Of a DNA stretch of 64,000 nt, positions 1 to 13,700 are shown one piece after another. The first letter of the stretch is position 1, and each line of letters starts with the position of its first letter. Origin of the DNA: Lytechinus pictus. Its lineage: Eukaryota. Both the position numbers and the translations under genes were made by a program. The notes beneath the pieces are model-generated. The model was not told where the DNA came from, ran no database searches, and worked only from the letters and a program-made list of their open reading frames with translations. Location: NCBI RefSeq assembly GCF_037042905.1, contig NC_087252.1, positions 17,424,001-17,488,000 of the forward strand, read 5' to 3'.

Positions 1-1128
1 TGGATAGGTCGCATAATGGACGAATGAAGACATGCATCATTTGGGTTATACAACTTTTTGATCGTGTTATTTGAGAAAATAGAATAATAATTAGACAAAA
101 AAGCAGATGGAAATAAAATGTATTTGCCTCTGTCTGGTAACTCATTTTTCTCTGATAAATGATTATTTTCCCCCTAAGTATGAAAGCAGTGTGCTATAAA
201 GTGATTTGTGCATATACACACACACACACATACAAACAAAATGTACATACACTCCCATGCTCAGTGGTACACACTGAGGAGAGAGCTCAACCATGCAATG
301 GAAAAAATAAAAAATGCACTGTCACCGTGCAATGGAAAATAAAATTTGCATGCAGCACGAAATGGGTTAAATATGCAGTGGCTTTTAACCAATCAAATGA
401 CAAGAACCTTTGTATGAGTTGTATAAACAACATTAATTACATAATCAAAGCCGTTTGATTCTCATTGACTGACAGTCAAGAGTGTGTAATGAAACACTTG
501 GGAAGGATGCTTGACAGTAGAGAATAGGTATAATTTGCATATCGTCATGTGCTGTTGTGTATAAAACATATGAGGGGTGAGGGAAGAAGCAATTTTGACA
601 TTTTAAGATTGATTATTCTTATCTTCCAAGAATGCTTGCAAAATAAGAAATGAATATATCTTTCAGACTTCTTAGAAAAGGGGAGGTAGAATTATCCCCA
701 TGTGCCGCCCCTGCACCCTCTTCTTCGTCCCCTTTATTCAATTAAATTTAAATAAACATTTATCTTTTTCCAACATCATTTTCCCCAATTGTTTTGTACA
801 CAAGCCTTTGACGATATATGAAACTTTCTCTCCCTAACGGTGTTAGGCACCCTCGGCTTCCCCAAATTATACGAGATAGAGCATTTAAAAAAAATCAGTG
901 TCCAGCCTTTCCCCTGTATTGTCTTGGACACAATGGACTACTCTTGTTGTGGTGGTAGCAATTTGGATGTGTCATCAGTGTGTCCGCACGGCCCTGCGAA
1001 GCAGGGGTGCTGAACCCCTCCCCCCAAGATTTTTCTGAGGACTGGTGTGTGCTTGAAGCTTGTTGATGTATTCGTTTACTCGCACAGAACACTATTTGCA
1101 AATCAGAACTTGGCTACATTAGATTTAT

Positions 1129-1625
1129 TATGATGTCACATATCACCCGACTGATTGCAGGATGCCATTTGGCCAGTAGGCCTACCGATTGTGGAGAAAC
1201 GTTACTGCTAATAATGCGCTAACAGAGGCTCTGTTACAATTGGTAATGTCACATTGATGCCTGATGTCACAATATAACTTTATTTACACCTTGCAATTAT
1301 CGTTTGACATCACTATCCAAAGGATGTGACCGGGTCTCCTATTGTTAGGCTAACAACGTTTCTGTGGAGCAGGTACTGATGAGTAGCTAACTATTGTGAT
1401 GTCACACGTCACCTGACTGTTAACAACTAGCTGATGGCCTACATTAGTTTGAAAAAAAATTGTGATGTCATACATGATTGGTGCTCTGATGCTTCGCGAG
1501 AGGTGTAGCTGACTACTGTGATGTCACATATGACCTGACTGCCTGGAGGAAGCTGATTGGCCACACAAGTAGTTAACCATTGTGATGTCACGTATCACCT
1601 GACTGCTTGGAGGATGCGGATTGGC
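1129..1625. repeat. Degenerate ~56-66 bp tandem repeat (TGTGATGTCAC...ACCTGACTG core) spanning the GPN1 stop codon and 3' UTR
   Basis: Core starts at 1395, 1461, 1517 and 1581; weaker copies near 1129 and 1262. Units 1517-1561 and 1581-1625 match at 40 of 45 positions. Confidence 0.85.
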
Positions 1626-1700
1626 TAGATGAACCTGCATGTGCTCCTTGACTTTGTAAGAACCTCTGGAATGATTCAGCTTCTTTTAGCTCATCCTCAT
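1588..1700 (-). CDS. GPN1: GPN1 last coding exon ([17 protein letters not shown]...SGDT stop)
   Basis: TAG acceptor; FQxFxQ segment resembles vertebrate GPN1 C-terminus; TGA at 1588-1590. Confidence 0.85.
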
Positions 1701-4700
1701 CTAACAAAACAATCAAAGGAAATAAGATTAACCGACTGCCTACTGGAACCGGGCGATTCCTGTATAAAGTCTATGGGAAATAAAGAATTCAGTTGTCAAC
1801 GGGCTAAGGGACATGTCACATTACTTTCATTATCATCAATTGGGTCATAAAACAGACAAATTATACAATGTACATGAATCAAAGTTAAATGACGAAACAT
1901 AAGTAAATTAAAAACAAGAAAGTAGAGAATCACACAAATGGTTTACCATGGATGTAAAATCCAATGCAAGTACCGTTTTCCAGAGGCATTCAAGCCCTTA
2001 TTATATAGAAAGCCATTATATCTAAAGATAAACTCTGGTGCTGGCAACAACAGCAAAAAAAATGTGCACAGAATTGAACAAAACTTAGGTTTCTTATGTT
2101 TACTGTGTACCTTTTTCATGCTATAATGTTAATAATAATAATAATAAACACAACATTTATTATATGCCATCTATCTAGTAAACTATTCTGAGGTGCAGAG
2201 GCCAGAGGGATGTAGGATTGCGGGGGGAAAAAAATGTTTGCTTGTGTGGGTGTATGGTCAGATCAAATGGTAGCTGTTATTAAGTTCGGATTTGTGTCAA
2301 AAGTGGCTCTCCATAGTTATATCACAACTTTAAACCAAGGATGAAACTAGAAAAGAAACTGATGTTCAGAATACAGACTACACGTCAGAACAACATTCAA
2401 AATGAAGTAGAAATATATCATTATCAGAAGAAATCTTACCATCATCATCAGAATCTAAAGTGATTTCTTCTTCATCATCATCAGGACCTAACCTCAGTTC
2501 TACCGATGGGCCTTTGAGGTCTGCATCTGAGAAGAAGGAAAAAAGAATAAGAACATTTAAAAAATAAGAATGGGACAGACAGACAAGTAGAAAATATTAA
2601 ATGCCTACAGCAACCACCTAATAATAATAGTAAAAGTAGTAGTAATAATAATAACATTAATGATAATATTAGTAAGAGTTACATTGAAAAGGCACTTTAT
2701 TCCATTTCTAATCACTTTACATGTACAGTTGTTTGTATTATTACCTTCTTCCACTGATGCTCCTGTAAGTCCGACCTTTGACCCTTGACCTTTGCCCCTC
2801 TTGACCTTCTCCAACTTTCTTTGAGCTTCTTTGGCTTCTGCTTCCATCTAAACAAACAAGAGTGAATGGGATCAAGAATAGAAGGGAATTCAATTCATAT
2901 AAAATGATACTTCAAAGCTCGAAGGGTACTCCTGACTGAAAATTATACGATCTATGTATGATATAGTAAAACTCAACAAGGAAAATGATGAAAGTAATTT
3001 GATCAAAATCTGAAAAAATACAAAATTGTAGGGGTTGTTCGTGAAAATACTTAAATGTGTGATGTCATAAGTAAAAGGTTGGCTGATGATGTCATGTTCC
3101 CCACTTTCATTTTTTTTTTTTTTATTGGAAAAAAGGTCAGACAAACAGTAAGAGAGTTATCAATGCTGTTGTGATGCTGAACCCCCAACCTGATTAACTG
3201 AAAAACAGGGATTACAAGTATTTCCTCTGGGATTGCAAAGTTATTAAGTTATCAAGAAAAATAGAAAAATCATATCTATGCTAGAACTCAAATTGAAAAG
3301 AAAATCACAATTCTTGCCACCAAAGTCTGAGTGGCTGAGATGTCCTGTGATGTACAAAAGGGACAACTACTCAATTTCCTCCAATTCACAAAACATTTTT
3401 AAAGGTTTACTTAGAATTCAGACTATTTATTTTGGTATAAAAAAATATTGCACATAGCAGCCTTATGGCTGAATTGCATACAATTTACAATTAATTTTGA
3501 TTGATACAATAGTTAATAACATTATAGGACATTGAAATAAATAACTTAGCTCTGACCTACATTCAATAAATATTGGTAGTAGAATAAAAAAATTGAATCT
3601 GATAAATAAAGATTTAGTAATAGTATTTAATCCATTTTTTTTTTTTGGGGGGGGGGGTTGGTGGATATGTCTAATATGAATATGTTATCCGTCATATACA
3701 TGTAGTTCACATACTTCATGCAAACCCATTGGCCAGTGTTCTGAAGTCGGGTTTAACTTAAACCATGGTCTAACTCTGTGCTAAAATTATGGGAAGCCAA
3801 AAGTGTCAAAGTTTTTCATTAAGTTGTATGTTTCTTATGTTAACTGTACTCTTTCCTGATTCATCGATGGTGAAGACAATCATCTATTTATACTTCCTAG
3901 ACAATTATGAATGATTTGAGAGCCAAATGAGTTGGAATATTATATCTCTACTCTTAGTGATTTAGGTAACAATTGGCTATCCATACTTAGACACAACTTT
4001 AAACCTGAGTTTAAGTTAAACCAGACTTCGGAATATGGGCCATTGAATCACCTCTGCTGCAATCAGGTTACTATATGATCCCTATATATTCACAATATAT
4101 TACAATATGCTACATGTAGGGGAGACCGGGGTTAGTTGGAACATTTTTGACAAAAATGGCTGTAAAATCCAAATAGATTTTATTCGAGAAACAATTAATA
4201 TATCAGCTTGAAGCATATATCTCAGGGCTTCAAATGTACCCAATAAAATTTTTAACTCTATTATGGTTACTGAAAAAATCCACCTTGAACAAGACCATCG
4301 CAAACGTTCCAACTTACCCCCATATCGGGGTAAGTTGGAACATGGTATGGGGTAAGTTGGAACGCTGCATGGTCAATTAAGAATTATACTAAAACTACTT
4401 AGAACTGTAATATTACATGGTTTTAGCCTATTTGCTTTATCTTATTCAAGTTCAAAATATTAAAGTGTGGATTCGTTGAACTTTATGTTTTCTATTATAC
4501 AGCCACTCACGCAAGCAGACTGTGTAGTAGAATTCTGCATATGTGCGTTTGAGTTTACATGCAATTAAGTGTACTGTCAGCAATTTCATGTACTTCTGCA
4601 TCAAATTTTTAAGACAAAAATTGATTGTTTATATTTTTTTTATAATTAATTATGCAAATAAGCATGTAAAATTTTCCCGATTTTTTTTGTATGTTTTTGC

Positions 4701-7700
4701 CTTTAACTCTACCGGTATTTATTAAGCTAGTAGAATGCTAATTTTTGGTGAGAGTATCAATTTTCACATTTATAACAAATATCCACCAAAAAATACAATT
4801 TCTTTTGTATTTTTTGATTTTTATTTGTATTTTTGTTTTTTCGAACTTTGTTTTTTCCGATGGACTTTGTCAGGAGTCTTTTGCGATCATAAATAGCATA
4901 AAATGAATCTAATTGAACCAGCAAAAGTAAAAAAATAATCATACATTTATGAATTTTGGTTCAAAAACACAATTTGCATTGACCTTGTACATGGAATCAC
5001 ATTTTTGAACAATTTTGGGTCCGAACATGCACATACAATTTGTTGCGTATCGCAAATTTTGGTCTCAAATGATGCGCAAGACTTGAAAGTAAAAAGTCAG
5101 CTAGCAGTGTAGTCAAAAAAATTTCGTGCGACGGCGTAATGACGAAATTTCTTGAGGGGGGCTCAAATTGACCCCCCCCCCCATTTTGATAAGGGTTAAC
5201 ATTGCATTAGGTGCCTACAATAGGCCTTAAATGCACACTCAGACCTAACTGATATACAAAACAAGCATGGTATACAATACATGTTCAGAAGAGTGTGAAA
5301 TCCTTTTTTTTTTTTTCTCATATCCAATGTTTTCATTCATAATTGTGTTTGGGGTAAGTTGGAACATGTTCCAACTAGCCCCTTCAATTTTGTTCCAACT
5401 AACCCCGGAGGCCCATTTGACGTTTATAAGCTTACAGCACAAAAAAGGGACTTCACCATGGCATAATAATAACCTCATTTTGTAGCTTGGTATAAGTGTC
5501 TATTATACCCCCAAACTGGCCAACTTGATCTATAAACTTCTCTGAGATAATCAAACATTTCTGAACGCGAAAAAATTTACTCAGAAGGTAAAAAAACTAA
5601 AATTTGTTTCTAACTTCACCAGGCTTGTTGCACATGTGTTGTCTGTAATATGGTGGATGGCTGTTGATAATGACAATAACTTGAGGGCAGTACTGCAGAA
5701 ATTTATTTAAAGACGTTAAAGAAAATTACAATGTTTCAACTTACCCCATGTTCCAACTAACCCCGGTCTCCCCTACAATCACCAGAATTTGATTCATGCC
5801 TCATATGTAGAGGGACATGTACTTTGGAGGAAACATTGGCTGTAATAATGACTGGTATCAATCGAATGAAGAAAGGGTGGAGAGGGGTGCAGCAACCCTT
5901 TTTCGTCCTCATTAACTGGTTATCACCCCATTAGAACTAAGTTCTTTGGGTGTAAGGGTTAGGATTACATGTAATTGAATACAATATAGCAATAACAATA
6001 TAAAAAGAAAATCAGCGATAACAACATAAAAAGAAAATTAGCTAAGTATTACACTTCACGTAAATTATACCTTTTCTCTTCGTAATCTCTCATACTGGGG
6101 CTTGTATTCACTGTAACATACATGTAAGAAAAACAAAAGCAACATCAGTATTACCTGTTAGAGTTAAATATGAATAAATGAATTCAACTCTGATCTTCAT
6201 TATGGGTACTTATATGAGCTAAATTTGAAACATGTAATTGGTGAGCATACACTCCTTTGTTTTCAAAGACTTTGGGAAATTTGTACAGAAATATGCCGAA
6301 TAAGGTTACAGGTTATAATGACCAAAAAAGCTCTGAAACTCGGAGGAAATGAAAATACAATTACAAAATCTTAATTAAATCTATATTCTTTAATCAACAG
6401 AAAATTTTGGGAATTTATCGTTTTTTTTCTCTCAGGAAATTGCACAAGCTCACAGAGAATACGACAAAATAAACAAATTATGAGAAATTGACTTTCAATC
6501 AAAGCTCTCATATGAAATTCATCATACTGATCATAATGAGGGTAAGTTTCAGAAATCATCTAAATGTACATTTCTAACTCTCCTTGGAAAGCAATTAAAG
6601 ATAAAGAAATTTGAACCAAAAGCATTGTGCAGCACCACCCCAAATCCTCTGAGCAGTGTACTCTTAAATAATAATATAGGATTTGTATAGCGCACGTATC
6701 CACCTTGCTAGGTGCTCAAGGCGCTCCTATATTACCCTGGCTAAGCTAGTCTACCGATTCTGGTCCGCACAGCTTTTTGAGGAATTACTTCCTGCCGGTA
6801 CCCATTTACCTCACCCGGGTAGAGTGCAGCACAGTGTGGATAAATTTCTTGCTGAAGGGAAACACGCCATGGCTAGGATTCGAACCCATGACCCTCTGTT
6901 TAAAAGGGTAGAGTCAGGACCATTAGACGATGCACCCACAATACCCACACCCTCTTGTAATATAGGCCCACTTGGAAAACACACTGTAATTCACTGCTCA
7001 TTACATTCATACTGCCCATAATGAAGTTGAACAAGTACCTTTCATCTCAGAACATTTTAGGTTCTACATGCAAATAAAATTTGTTCTGTGTTTTCAATAG
7101 TTATAATAATAATATATAAATTTATAATAATAATAGTAATATAGAGTATTTCTAAAGCGCCAAATCCACATTGATTATGTGCTCAAGGCGCTGAAGAGAG
7201 TAGAACTATTCCATTAAGTATACATCTACTGCGCTTTATGGGACTCCAAAAATGCTTATTAGTAATTAAATAGATGTGTTTTGAGCTTTGATTTAAAGTT
7301 GTTTACGGATGGTGCTTTCCTAACTTCCAGGGGTAAGCTATTCCCGAGCTTTGGGGCTACACAAGCAAATGCTCGATCGCCTAGCGTTACTTTTGTTTTG
7401 AAGGATAGAATCTGTCAAAGCAGAGGATCCGTTGAACTGCGCACATTGCGAGCATGATTACTGGTCTGGTTATCACACAAGGTATATCTGGGGAGCATTT
7501 CATGAAAGGACTTGTCGGACCTTTTATCTGACAATTTCTGTTTTATCCGACAGTTACCACAGTAAGTGTGCTTCTCAGCCAATCAAAATCAAGGAAGGTT
7601 GTCAGATCTGACAACTTGTCGGACGAAAATATTGATGAAACGCCCCCCCCCCTGAAAACTCGCTATTAAACACAAAGTCACTTTTAGGGACCACACATTG

Positions 7701-10700
7701 TTTCGGTCAGTTACCCCTTCCCCCCGCCCCCCTTTGAGAACAGAAATCCTTAATAAATCTCGCTTTGCTGCTGAGGAAGGAATGAACTTACGTCTCATAT
7801 TCTTCAACGGCTTCAGTTACGGCTTTAAAGAAGTCTTCCATTCCCTGTCCTGTTACAGCAGACACGCCTACAGCCTGGAAGTATACATCACATCAGTATA
7901 ACAAATAGTATGTTCAAATTTATGATAATAATAATTTGCATTATTTGTAAAGCGCTTATCACAAAACATGTCTCTAAGCGCTTAGGAAAAAATAGAAAGA
8001 GAGAAGGAATTTCAGCAAAAAACTAAGGTAATTGTATAGTTCACAGTAGACTGTAGACAGTTGAGGGGCTTCACATGTGAAGGAAAAGGCTATTTAACAA
8101 AAAAAAGTAGATTTTTAACATGGATTTGAATTTCTCTACTGAAATTTTCAGGTTTACCTATCACATCAGTATAACAAAGAATATGTTCAAATTTACGTTT
8201 ATGTTTACTTTTCACACCAGGGCTCTCACACTCACATACACATACAAACAAAAAACAGCCAACCAAAACTATTACTGCCGAACTTTGGCAAAAGGAAGCA
8301 AGTGACACATCAGTCATGTTTGAGTTACTGTATTGTTGTTTTTGAAACAACATTAGTATGTTGCACGTTCAGGCAAAATTTGGGGAAGATATGATTGTTT
8401 AAAGAATATGTTCAAATTTACGTTTAAGTTTACTTTTCTCACTAAGGCTCTAACACACATACAAAACAAAAAATAGCCAGGCAAATCTTTTACTGCCCAA
8501 CTTTGGCAAAAGGAAGCAAGTGACACACCAGTCAAATTTGAGTTATTCTTGTTTCTGGAACACCCTCTGTATGTTGCACGTTCAGGCAAAATTTTGGGAA
8601 GAAATGATCGTTCTATGGAAAGCTTGGAAAAAAATATGCTGTTAAATTGCATTGACGCCTATGTAAATGACGAACACACGTTGCTCGTTTACAACAAATT
8701 ATACTTTTTTTTAACTTGCTTCCTTTTGCCAAAGAACGGCACGATACCTCAGACACACGAAAATACATGTAAGTATTATCTGGTCTGCGGACAAACTTTT
8801 TCACATGTGATTCCAGTGCTAATCATGTCATCTTGTGTTACTTGTAACTCCACAAAAATGATGTCTCTAGCTCGTATAGAGAGTACGATGTGCACAATAA
8901 ATCAGTGCCCATTGCAGGGTTTGTCTTTTTGTACTCAGGTTTCCTTATTTAACGTAGAAAATAATTATGTTGTTACTTTACATATTGGATTCAGGACCAA
9001 TAATAAGCAGGCTATACTTTTAAAATCAAGACCATGATGGGCAAAAGAGTGTCTATTTCTGAATGCCTAATTAAATCAAACATACATTGCATATGCTGTT
9101 AAGTTTACAAGTAACGTATAATACTCAACTTTTGTTTAACAACTTTACAGCTTTTTACTGTTCATCATGCATAGAAACCTTTATAAACCAGTGTTATGTC
9201 TAAAGAACTAAACTATTCCTTTATTATTTGCTGAAAACAAGTGGGGCTTGGGCAGGCCCAATGGTAGACTGCATTACTAAACAAGAGCCCTGCCTCATAA
9301 TAGCATTCTCAGGGTTCCCAGCTTTTCAAGAAAACAGAATTCCCTGATTTTTCCCTGAGGAAGTTTAAAAATTCCCTGATAATTATTTAAACCCATTCCC
9401 AGTTTTGCATGTTTTGTTAATAAACTGAATTACATGGATTTTCAGTATAAAAACAATAATGTAAAACTAATTAGTACCACCATAACTAGTCATACAATGG
9501 ATGTTGTTTTGATATGCTACAAAATATAACAGATTCCCACTGACTACCATGCTTTCGACTTTTGGGCTGATCAAAATTGGGTGATTTTTCCCTCATTTGA
9601 GGCATTTACCCCTGATTTGAGGTATTTTAAAAAATCACATTCCCTGATTTTTCCCGGACTGGAAAAAAGTAAAATAATTTTCCCTGATTTCCCTGATGGG
9701 CTGGGAATTCCGATTCTGCTATGAAAATGAAGAGTGTGGAGAAAACATATGAAGGTAGTATATTCACAGAGCAGTCCATGACAAAATGAGAGCAAGAAAG
9801 TATACACATTGAAGGAATGGGGAGATAGCGAATAATGATTTTTGTAACTTTAATACACATTGCTTTATGCATGGCTAGTGAAAGTCTCATGAGCCAAATT
9901 ATATATACATGTATCCTAATGTAGTAAACTGATCACCTAATGGAGTACTGTAAGAAACTTGCAGTCATGTACAAGTCACTTTGGCCCAAATTCACAAAGG
10001 TGGTTTGAAAACCCATGGTTAAATCCATGGTTTAGGCAGATTTCCTGTATAAATTACGCTTTAATTTAGCGCGTATCGGGCGCTTGTATAAAAAATGTCC
10101 AATGCTTATGCGCGCTTTTGTCAGTGCGCCAAATTGACGCCTGTTACCATGGATAGATACACTATTTTATTCATGAGTCCACTGTTTGAAGAGTGGACTC
10201 ATTAATTCAAAACAGTGGACTCATGAATAAAACAGCGTGGATAACCACGGCAACAGGCGTCAATTTGGCATCCCTAAATCAATCATAAGTCTTGCAATGA
10301 ATTGAAATTTTGCACTCGATCGCTGGTCTACTCTTTAAAAGATAAAGTTAAAATTGATTTGCAATAATGGAAATTGGTCTATAATTTGCAAATATGCTGA
10401 TGCAAATTTTCAGTTGATTACAAATACTTTCTTGCAACATCCATAAAAGTATGTTGCATGACTTGTGTGCATAAAGTCATCTGGTGCTGCACAGTGGCTG
10501 CCGCGTCCACAATCAATTGAGCAAAATGAATTTTGAGCAATAAAATAAGGATTTTCATTTTCAAGTCAAGCGTAACTTATTTGAACAGCTTCATCACACA
10601 CCAACTCGTTAATAGCAGACAAGGAACGGATTGTTATGATAATGTTAATCACAAGGAGAAATGCTCAAACATACCCTGAGATTTTCATAGAATTCATCCA

Positions 10701-13700
10701 GAACTAGGCTCATCGATCGTGTCAGATTTGATGCGTAAGAAGTCTCCTGGTTCAACGCATCCTGGAACGTCTCAAAGTCCCTCATCCATTCCATGGCAAA
10801 GTCATGAGCAACGATGTCAATCTTATTCATCACAACGATGAATGGTAGCTTGTATTTGTACAGGATACTGGACATAAGATTTAAAAAGAATATTGCACAT
10901 ATAACGCTTTCCAAATTTATTAAATTTATTTCTTACTCAACAAATTTCATTTTACAATAAATTGCTGGAATTGCTGTATTTCAAGTAACAGAAAGAATGA
11001 CTGGTGTTCATTCTTTAATGTTCAGTTTTCTGCACTCAGGGTAGCCTCATTAATCATACATAGGCTATCCTTCGGGAACCTTGGTAAGGAATTGATCAAT
11101 CAATTCCAACTTTACAAATGATATTTACAAGCAACTGCACACAAGTTTCTTAATACACTTAAAAATATTATATACAGACATTAATATTTATGCATAACTA
11201 TCAGGCAAAGTTGTTATGATCTGAAACTTTTCTAGATACTAAGCAGAAAAAAGGAAGGATATAAAGTGGAAGCGTTGTGTCATAGGGATTCTGACTACCG
11301 CAGAGGGCTGTGTGCTTGAGACCCACCACGGTCGAGCGTCCTTTGGCAAGGCTTCAATCCACTCTTTGCCACTCTCCACCTTGGTGCAAAATCAATAACT
11401 TGTACGATGCAAAAGTTATGCGTAGCAATTTAATCTTGGAACGCTACCCTGAGAATGAAGAAAGTGCATACATTGTGTCCGGGCATGCCGAGATCCGATG
11501 ACCGAGGTAATAGTGCTTGGATGAGCAAAGTATTAAGCACTATACAAATCTAGCTATTATTAATATGTATTAAGAAATGGGTGTCAAGATTTTAAAACAG
11601 GGTAATGGAATACCAAAATGGTAATTCATAGCCTTTTATAACCTACACCTGACTCTAGGCATAACTGGTGGGTGTTTCATAAAGCTGTTCATAAGATAAG
11701 AACGACTGGTAATCCTTTCTTTGGTAAATGGTATACACCATAGACGGTTTAGCGCGTAAGAAAGGATCACCAGTCGTTCTTAAAGTCGCTCTTATCTTAC
11801 GAACAGCTTTATGAAACACCCACCTGGTGACCTATTCTTCTATGCTGTGTCAGATTCTCAAGAATTATAACTCCTATCATTTCAAGTTAAAATTTATGAA
11901 TTTTTGTTGTATTTGTCAAATATTGTAAGAGCTAAAGGAAAGTTAAAATATATTTTTGGGTAAAAATGCCTATTGTATTTGTCGAATTTTATTAGAGTGA
12001 AAGGAAATTCACTCCAGCTGTGTCAAAACAGGTGGGTGTTTCATAAAGCTTTTCATAAAGTTACGCACGATTGGAACATGATCTTAAGTCCTAACTCCAT
12101 TACATAGGGATATATCACTTGGCATGAGAAAGGGTTACCAGTTGTGCATAAAGTCATTCGTATCTTACGAACAGCTTTATGAAACACCCACTGGATGGGT
12201 GTTTTATAAAGCTGGTCGCTCAGAGTCCGTTCAATGTAAAGAGACATCTTACCTGCAGGCATATAACATGTTGGACATGAATGTGACTGGATTCACGCTC
12301 CGTGCCGTGTCCATAACATAAACCACCACCGTGGGAAAGGTAGACGCCTGACAAATAATCACAGAAAAACTATTAAATAATATTATCACATCATATTTCT
12401 CGCCATATTTCATGAAAAGGAGCTTCTCCGGGAATAATTTTCCTGGTATCGTATTGCAATTTGCTCCACAATGTTGAAATAAATCATTTTGTGTAGCATA
12501 TTTTGACAAAGGACTGTACAGAAGGTAGTTGAGAACTCTTCTACGGCCAAACATGCTAACCCAATTTGGTAGCAAAATTATTCCCTGGTCCTTTGTCAAG
12601 ACAATGAATATTCCACTTTTGAACAACATCTCTACTAAAAGTACTGAACAGATATATGCATTTCATGACATCTTATTCTTGCTTGTAAACACACACAGAG
12701 AATAAGATTTACCGAGGAACGCATTGTTCCCTGAAGTGAGCCCTACCATCCCCTAACTAGGCTCAGCAATTGGCAAGCCCCTGTGTTTTACTTTGAAATA
12801 CAAAATTCATCTTAGGGTAAATGTATTTTTTTTAAATATGTTCCTTAAATCTGTAATTGGGTTATACATGATATGATGTCTTGTAATATTTTTCACTCGT
12901 ATTGTTGTTTATCATATTATGTTCAACTGTGAAACAGAAATCAATAAATCAAATCATTATGGTACTGGGTGGGGGGCCTCAAATGCTCCCCTCCTCTCAC
13001 TTCAGAATCTTGGCTTTCACCAACACAATCATGTAGAAATAATTTAAAAAATCAGCAAGCACCTTGCCCATTGCATTATTCTTGAAAATTGCCCCTGCAA
13101 TTATGCAAAAAAAAATAACCCATGCCACGATTTATGACATTGCATAGTTGTTTTGTTTTTTTGTCTTTATTTTACAAATTGCAATATATATTTACCAAAG
13201 TCTCAGAGATGATAGCTCCTGAAGCTGACCATGTAAAGACTTCTATCTGTCCTGGGGTATCTAGTATGATGTATCTAGGATTTGAGATGAAAAAAAGAGT
13301 ATATTTTATCAATACAAACGCAAGTATTACAATAACATACTGATATGGTGGTGTGGCTATATGCTGATCATATTTTTTTAACTGGGGGTTTGAGTTTGAG
13401 GTGGATGATCAGAAAATATGATGAGCGTTCTTTGGCAGACGCCTCAGCAACTATGTTGAATGCACTTTCTGATTCAACGAGATATCAAAGTGACAGAAAT
13501 TATTGTTCAAAGTTTCTCTTCATACCGCCGTAGTTTCTCTATCTGCCAGTGAATTCAGTGTCCAATATCAAATTGCATGTACATGTACCTTCTTGTGTCC
13601 AAGTTCATTTCATTCTTAAACTTCCTATACCTTTCGCGGATAGAAATGCAATCTGCCTTTTGTGATGCGCTATAAAAGAATTAAGTATAATTATTATTAT

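Noticed and set aside
1573..1590. Selenocysteine or readthrough at the GPN1 TGA
   Set aside because: In-frame TAA follows after four codons (CAT CAC AAT GGT TAA); no SECIS recognised
6860..6935. tRNA gene
   Set aside because: Only a B box is clear; no convincing cloverleaf; attached to a SINE body and tail
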